Positions 17,501 to 26,500 of a DNA stretch of 34,608 nt are shown here, piece by piece (the stretch's first letter is position 1; each line of letters begins with the position of its first letter). The translations under genes and the position numbers were made by a program. Source of the stretch: a virus (taxonomy: Duplodnaviria > Caudoviricetes). Below the pieces are notes generated by a model. The model was given only the letters and a program-made list of their open reading frames with translations, made no database searches and was not told where the DNA came from. Location of the stretch: positions 1 to 34,608 of IMG/VR virus record IMGVR_UViG_3300010297_000029. One strand, written 5' to 3'.

Positions 17501-20500
17501 GCACTCAATACACTAAATGTGTCTCCAAGTGGAGATACTGTTGGATCTCCAGGGAATATATTTGTATTAATACCAACTTGAATTACACCACCAGATACGT
17601 AGGTGTGGGAGATTGTAGATGGCCCAACATTCACAGTAAATGATGTGGTCGTTCCAACCGTTACAACATCAAAGAAATAACCTTGAGTACCATCTGGGAA
17701 TACTGATGTTGTCAGACCAGCGGTAACCTGTCCAGCATCATTTTCAACATAAGTGTGCTGAATAGTGGATACTCCAACGTTTAATTCAAATTGATCAGAA
17801 GCAATAATGTTGCTTACTGTAAATGTGTATCCTTGAGTACCATCTGGGAAGATGGTTGTTGTGATACCAGAACCACCAGGACATGTAAATTCTAAATTGT
17901 CAAGTCTTACATCACTACCAATTCCAATAACACCAATAAAGGAAGCACTGGTCGTTACTGTTGCAAGACCTGTGGTATTATCGTATTTGAATTGTGTGAT
18001 TGTAAATGTTTGACCATATCCCGTTGGTCCCCCAACAGGACAACTGAAAGTTAATTCGCGCATCTTAAAGGTTTCACCATTAGTCAAACCATGATCACCA
18101 ACAGTAAATACAGTTGCCAATCCTGTTGTATTGTCATAAGTAAAGTCATAAACTCCAAAAGTTTGACCATAACCAACACAAGTCAAAGCAAGTCCAGCAA
18201 GAGAGAAACTTCTTCCAATTGCTGTTTGTGGGACAATTTTATGAGGTTCTAAAGTTGTAATTGTAGATAAACCAGTTGAACTATCGTATAGGAAATTTGT
18301 TACTGTAAGAGTGGTAGCACCACCAACACTAACTGTCATGATACCAGTAAGATTATCATACAGTGCATTTGTAACATCAAGTGGTGGGTAGTAATCACAT
18401 GTGAATGCTGCACCAACTACTTGAACTTCATCACCAAGAGAAAGGTTGTGTGGTGTTGTTGTAGTTACAGTGGTAATTCCTGTAATTGAACTATATCCAA
18501 TGTTTGCAACTTCTCTAGGGGCATAAAATACTTTTGAATTTGTAATTGCAACACCAACTACATGACCATCAACAACTGTTGCAATACCAATCGGAGTAAT
18601 ATTTGCTGCACCATAACTTGCAGTTTCGATTCCAACAGATACTGTTTGTAATCCCGATCTATAACCAGATCCAGTATTTCCAATAGAGATTGCGGAAATT
18701 GTACCAGCGGCAGATACAACAGCAGTTCCTCCAGCAGATACTAATGGTTGATACCCATAACCTGCTTTTGATGCAACACTAACAATAACTCCACCTCTGG
18801 GAACTCTATTAACGTTAATGTCATTATGATTAGATGGATCTGTTACTTCTCCATTAAATCCAAGAAGAAGTTGACCGCCGCCACCTTCAAGTTTGTAATC
18901 ACCTTCAATATTTGTCAATACGTTACCAAGTCTTTGTGGACCTTGGAATATATCATCAATCAAGATAATTGTATTTTGTGCGGAAATATTGTCAATATCA
19001 TTTCCATCATACTTCAAATAGAATGACGTATTGATTCCATTGAATTGATTTGAGATATCATCATAAACATAATTGTTATCATATGCACGAGTAAAACTGG
19101 TGGTAAATGCCTGGCTTAACGCAGATCTAAGGAAAATTCTTCCACTAAATCTTGAACTTGTTGTAAGTCCAGTATAATCAATCTCGCCAGAATTTTGTGC
19201 GGTTGTTCCCAGACCTACTGGAATATTGCCCCAAGGTCCTTCTATTAAATGTAGGTCATTATTAATGACGTTAAAGTTTCCTACTTGCTTAGTTCCAACT
19301 GTTCCTGAAGTGTGGGCAACATCATCTGTTCCCATCCATCCTCTTCTAACAGTAAGAGTGTTTGTTACATCATCTACGGCAGCGACTAAAATAACTTCAT
19401 CTTCAAACCTTACTAAATCTCCACCAAAAATTGAAGTTACTCCAACCATATTAAATATGGTTGATCCAATACCAACATTAGAGGAAAGTGCCACAGTATA
19501 TGCCGTACCAACCATTGGTGACTGAATAGTACCGTTGATTGTTACCAACATTCTGTTATTTGGTTCAATCGCTCTAAAGATGTGCGTTGTTCCAATACCA
19601 ACTCCAGTTAAACCAACACCAATTGGATTAAACAATAGTGCGTTGGTTGCTGAAGTTGCTACTCTAACTTTTTGATTATCTTGTTTAATAATATAAAACT
19701 GAGATGGTAGGAACGAGGTAGTTCCAATTCCAGGTCCAAAATCTGTAAGGCTAATCTGAATTGCATTTGCAAAGTCGTTTCCTGGAGGAACATACTCAAT
19801 TAATTCACCACTGACAAAATAATGGTTAGTTATGTCTAAAGTTCCTTCGCCAACGGATACTTTTGCGGCACTGCTGCCATCAAATGTAATTTCAAATACT
19901 TTGTTATTATCACTAAAGATTTCAAAATCTCTCTTTACTCCGTTGAATTGATCACTAAAATCATCTATTGCAAGAACTCTATTACCAATGAATTCTTGAT
20001 ATTGTGCAAGGAATGGTAAATTAAATAAAATTTCATTAGATACCAAAGAACCAGTAACGTCAATACTTTTTTCACGACCAATATCAAAGTCTCTTACAGT
20101 ATTAAGATCAACAACTTGAGTCAAATCGGAAATGGCAACTAAGACATTTAAATCTTGTGCTGTCTGCAATCCAACAATAGATGGATCATAAGAATCAATT
20201 ACAAGTTCACTAAACTTCTTAAATCCAGAAGTATGGTTTAATGAACTTACCAATGGGTTCCAATCAGAATAATCTATTGAAGATCTTATGGCATACGAGA
20301 AATATTGATAGTAATCATTATCATGAACTCTTTGGAATGCTGAATTTAACTTTCCAGTATCTCTCAAGAATCCTTTCTTAGTAATGCTATTTGATGATAT
20401 TGTATACTTTGCAGGTATACCATCTACACTTGATATTAATCCTTGGTTTTGTGAAGATTGTCCAATAATTAAATCATCTACTTTAAATGGTATTTTAGAT

Positions 20501-23500
20501 CTAACTCTCAAGTATTCATTACGGAAATCGTAAAATTGAACAACACCTCTATTATCATCCTGTGCAACAATAAATTCACCAGTTCTAAATGAATCTTTTT
20601 CCAGTTCAATATCAAATGTTGGGAAATAAGATTCTGGGGTTACAGTTCCAAAAGAGTCAAAACTATCAAAATTACCTGGAACTTGTCCTGGTTTCAAATA
20701 GTCCTTCAAATTATATGTAATAGTTGGGACTTCGCCGCCAATATTTGCATCTACTGCGGTTAACGTAAATAATGCATAACCAAAATCTGAGGAATTATAA
20801 CCAGTTCCATTAATAGTTGCATCAATATTAGTATTTTCAACAATAACTTTATCACCAACTTTAAATGGGTAGTCACTTTCACTAGAGAACGTCACTGCAA
20901 ATCCGATAGTTACATTATAATTACCAGGATCATAAGTAATATCATCAATTCTTATTCCATTTGGATTATTAATAGGAAGAATTACTGGTGTAACATTATA
21001 CAAACCTGATGTATTTCTAATAATAGATACTTCAGTATCTCCAATATCATATTTTAGTGAAGCTTCAGTATTGACTCTTCCAGTAAATCCATCAAGAACT
21101 ATCAGTTGTGGTGGAACAAAATAATTAATTCCAGGATTAATAATTTTAATCTCTTTAAATTTAGATAGAGGTTCAATTTTATATGTGTATGGGAATTGTG
21201 CTGCAGGATTTAGTGTTTTATCTGATGGGTAATCAAATCCAATATCAGTTAGAACCACATCATCAACTTGTCCAAGATTGTTACTTGCTGGAAGGAAAAT
21301 TGCACCTGTTCCTCCAATACTGACAATTTCTGCAATATTTGGAAGTTTTCTGTAACTCCTTCCAACAGAGTCCAATGATACTTTTGCTACAGGACCTATA
21401 GCACTCAATGAAGTAGTGTTATATCTTATAATTGCCTCAGTTTGTCCATATGAACTTTTCTCTGGAGTATCTATTAGAGAATAATTAAAAGTTGTTGATG
21501 TTATGCCTGTAACTTTTTGCTTTAAATTATACTTACTTGATCCAATTGTCAGTTTATTTGCATTTTTTATATTAAAGACATCAGAAATAATTTCTAATTT
21601 TGATGCTGCCGCGCCATTATATCGTATTGGTTCAAGATTGTAGTATAAAGTTGATGGAACATTCTCATCTATGATTAATTCTAATTTTGCTCCTGGTTCA
21701 CCAATAATTCCACTTGTTTTAACATTAAATTCTCCCAGGTTTGTCTCTGTAGTAAAGAATTCATCTGTAAAATTTTCATCAGTATATAAGAAGAAATTAA
21801 ATGATGGTAGAGAATTTGCAGCGAGAGTTTGATCTGATAAATCAAATATTACTGTACTATTTCTGTAACAGAATACTTCTGGATTTATCTCACTCAATGT
21901 TCCTAAAGATTGAGTTTCTATATTAATGAGTTGAACATTTTCATCAGAAGAAATTACGTCATAAAAATATTCTGATAGTGATACTGTGTTATCATCTAAT
22001 ACAACAACATAATATATTTTTGCATTTTCAAGTCCAACAGAAGGTGAAGGTGAGTTGTAAATTACTTTTGATCCATTTTTAAATCCATGATTTGGCAATG
22101 TAATCGAATTTCTATCAATATTAACTGCTGAGTCAATAAAAGATTTTGGATTTACTAACAATCTTCTATTAAGATCATCATATGTGATTGTAATACTAGT
22201 TTGAATGCCACTGATCACATTAACAGTTACATTATCACCATCAGTAAGTCCATGACTTGCATTTGTAGTTACTTTGGCAAATTTCTTATATACGTCACCA
22301 ACGATAGTATTGGGATTATTTGTTGAGAAACTGTGAATTTCTCCAGTTCCATAATCAACTAATTCATAAATTAAAATACCTTCTGAACCAACACCAACGA
22401 ATTGACCAGTGCTTCCAACACCAACTTTTTGTGTAGATATTCCAATAAAGTTTGAGTCATATACTGCGGCATAAAGGTTAACCTTATCTTCCAAAGGAAA
22501 TTCTGATGATCCTGTAGATACTTTTATTCCAGTAAAACCAGCACCAACATTATATGTAAGTAAATCGCCTGTTTTAAATCCATGCGATGGCAAATATATT
22601 GTATTTGGAGTTGTAGTTACAATTTTATTTTCTGTTACTCCAGCATTACTGCGATATAGTAATCCAGATTGTTTTGCAGCTCTAGAAATTGCAGATCCAT
22701 TTGTTCTGTAATATGAACTCCTTAAAATTCCAGTCTCAATTTGAGCTCCCCAAACATATATTGTTGGAGATGCATTTAAGGTTAAACCTTGTGGTCCATA
22801 TGTTCCTATTTTTAGTGTATGGGCACCAGATCCTGTAAATGCAGTAAATGAATATCTTCTCCAGGTATTTGTTAGGGTAACCTGAGAACTATAGAATGCT
22901 AGACCATCATCAATAATAATATAAACAACTTCTCCACCAACATCTCCTTTTAAAAATACTGATATTACATGATCTGTTGCAGAGAGTGATACTGAGGAAT
23001 ACTCTAATCCAAATCCATCAGAAGATCCTGTGGTAGATCCAAAAGAAACTTTTGCTACACTATTAGTATTATTTGGTGATGTTGCTGCATAATAACTCAC
23101 TGACCCAGTACCAACACCAACTGTATAATAATCCCAAGCGGATACGAGTGTAGGAGGAACGGGATCTGAGTATAAAATTAAATTTTCAGATGGTATAATG
23201 GTAGACTCTGTTGGATTAAAGTAATATTCAGTATCTAATGCATATTCTGTAGTTGTTTTGAATCCAGTATTTACAATGATCTTTCTTGGTCTTTCTCTTA
23301 AAATAGATCCCGCTTCATATGGATCACTAATACCATTTAATGCCCTTTCGACCCTTATTCTAGAATCGTCTTTATATACATTTAATATCTTTACATTTTC
23401 ATCCCCAATAGCGTAAATATCATTTACTGATAGCGATGGGAATAGTAAGTTACCACTAACATTAAAATAAGTAACAATACCAGTAGAAGTAGCATCTCCT

Positions 23501-26500
23501 ACCGCATTTGAAAGTGTGAGGTTATTGGTCGTTACGCCAACGTTATAACTATTTGCAAATTCTGTCGATAAAATGTTCAGATTTTGAATAGAGACAATAT
23601 CGCCGTTTGAGAAATTGTGATTTGTTGATCCAATTCCAATAAATCTACCATCAGAAATAGATGGTGCAAATTGAACAGATTCGAGTAAATCAAATTGATA
23701 CTCTATATTGGTTACTGTTTTTCCTTGAAGTTCAGAAATACGTGCATATGCGCCAGACCCACTAGTTTCAGTATTATCAAAGAAAACGCTGTCCGAAAGA
23801 GAATAATTATCTCCAGGAGCAACTAACTTTAATTCTGTAACTGTTCCAGGAGTTACACTCCTAATTTCTGTAAATCCTTCCGCAAATTGATCTGGTTGAA
23901 GGAAACCAGAGTATGCAGTCCTATTTCTAAGTAATCCCAGTTTACCAGTATATCTAACCCATCCAGATTCATTGATATCCACATACTGTAAACTTGAGAA
24001 TTGATCGAAGTTAAAAGATACTGGTTTTGATTTGAATGATTCACCTATTGCATATGGGAACACGGGTTTTAAGTAACCATTTAGTGGTCCACTTGCCTCT
24101 GGAGTAGAGTTAATCGTACAGAAGTATGCATATATACCATTTGGAAATTCTGGTGTTTTACAATATCTACCATTATGAATATCTAAGTCACCATCACCCA
24201 CATACTGATAATCTTCTATAAAAATGCCTGCGGGGAAAGATCCAGTTGGCGGTCTATTTGGTGGTAAAATTAAACTATATCCACTGTTTAATCTTCTAAT
24301 TGCTCCACCCTCTTTATCTGCATATCCGTAGGGTCCATATATTGGATGTCCATCATATGCCCAACCAACAATAGGGGAATGATACTTGGTGCTATTTGAG
24401 TCATTATCAATATCATCACGATATATTGTATTGCCTGCATTATCGAGAGATGTTGCAAGCAATTTCCTTCTCAATTCTCTACCAAGATATCCGTGAGTAT
24501 ATTGTAATCCCGCATCTGAGGTAAGAGCGGAAGTAATGATGCCATCATCTGGATCTATTTTTTCTGCTTGTATAATTCTTTCAACAACATTAATGGTCCA
24601 AGATTTTATTTTTGCACTAAATGTTGCACCAGAACCTGTGGGAACAACATTTAGTATAGTATCTACCTGTTTGTACCCAAATCCACTTTCAATAATCTTA
24701 ACTTCTACTAATTTTCCATCTTGAAGTACTGGAGTTAATACTGCACCACTACCAGAACCAAGGATTTCAATCTTAGGCGGAGAATTATATCCAGTTCCTT
24801 GGTTATTGACGATAACCCCAATAATTCTACCAGCAGCAGATACAATGGGAGTTAACTGTGCGTTAACTCCACTATTCAACTGAATGTTTGGTTGTCTGTT
24901 ATAATTTAAAATATTTGCATCACCGTAGTCTTTTCCATTATTACTTAAAGATACTGAGAATATTTCTCCAGTAAATATTGGACTGATAACAGCAGAAAAG
25001 TTTTGACCTGCCGTTGTAGTTACTCCAATTGGAGCTTCTAACTTTACTTCAATTGGCCTATATCTTAATGCATGTACGCCAGTTCCGCCATCCTCGAAGT
25101 CAACAAATCTTTTATTTACATAATTAAAATCTGACTGTAGAGTTGATCCAATACCAACCGAAACATACTCTGCTAATCTAAACCTATCTTTATCAACAAC
25201 GTTTACATAATATTCTGAAGTTGAACTTATTCCTGTAGGTAAAGTATCATCTGAACTAATTCTTACAATTTCTTTGTTACTATATCCATGGTTTGGATAT
25301 TTTATAGTGTTTCTGTAAACATTAACATGATTCTTATTAAAAAATAAGGTTTTGTTTGTATAATTAGATCCACCATTGATAACTTCAATAGATGATATGA
25401 CATTTTTCTTTTCAAATGAAGTTATTTTTTGTAGTCCATCTCCATATGCAGTAAATGAGACCGTATTAAATCCAACAATAGCATCATCTGCAGTATTGTA
25501 AAGTTTAATGGTTCTTTCGTCTATGGTTTCAACAAAGTAAATTGCATCATTAACTAATCCACCAATCTCTGTTTGGGATTGGGAAGAATAAAGAATTTTC
25601 TCGTAATTTCTAAACTTATGATATGTGCTAAATCCAATAGTATTATCAGAAATATTTACATTATCATATAAACTTCCTGCGTTGAATGATACTGAATGTG
25701 TTGTTTTTGAAAGTTTACACTTTGCTTCTGCACCAGTGCCATTTCCACCAGAAATAGTTACTTTTGGTTCTTCAACATAGTCAAAACCCTTATCAATAAT
25801 ATCAATTCTAGTAAGAGAACCTCTTACATTACATAAACCTTCAGCACCAGTACCAAAAATCGAATTTCCAATACCAATATTGTCATCAATGGTTAAAATT
25901 GGTGGAGAGATTACATCATAATTTTTATCTCCAGGTGAGGATACTACAATTTCTTGAATTTCTCCGTAGTAAAGAGTATCAGGAGATTTATAATTTAGTA
26001 ATTCTACACCATTGACGAACATTCCAATGTTTCCTGGAGATGTGATAGTCTCTTCATAATTATCATATGGTTGTGGTTTTCCTATTTTTCTAACCAAACT
26101 TTGTGACTTAATAACTCTATCTTTAAACTTCAATAATTGGAACTTATTATTAAATACTGTTCCAAATACTTTAATAAAAATTCCACTTCTAATATTTGAT
26201 CTACTAGTTGCAAGTCTCACTGTAGATGCGTTAACTTTGTATATAAAATACTGTCCTTCTGGAATATCGAGACCTATATTATTATTGTAATCATAGTAAA
26301 CTGCATCACCCGTAATAAATGCATTTGCTCCAATGTTTATATCAAATCCATCAAACTGTCCACTAAAAACTGCAGATAAGTCTTGAATAGTTATGGGTGT
26401 ATTGTAATAATCTGGTAAAGAATTGGATACAATATTCCTATCGGATCCATCAATATAAACATTACTTACATTTGCTGAGAATATATTTAATTCTGGATTA

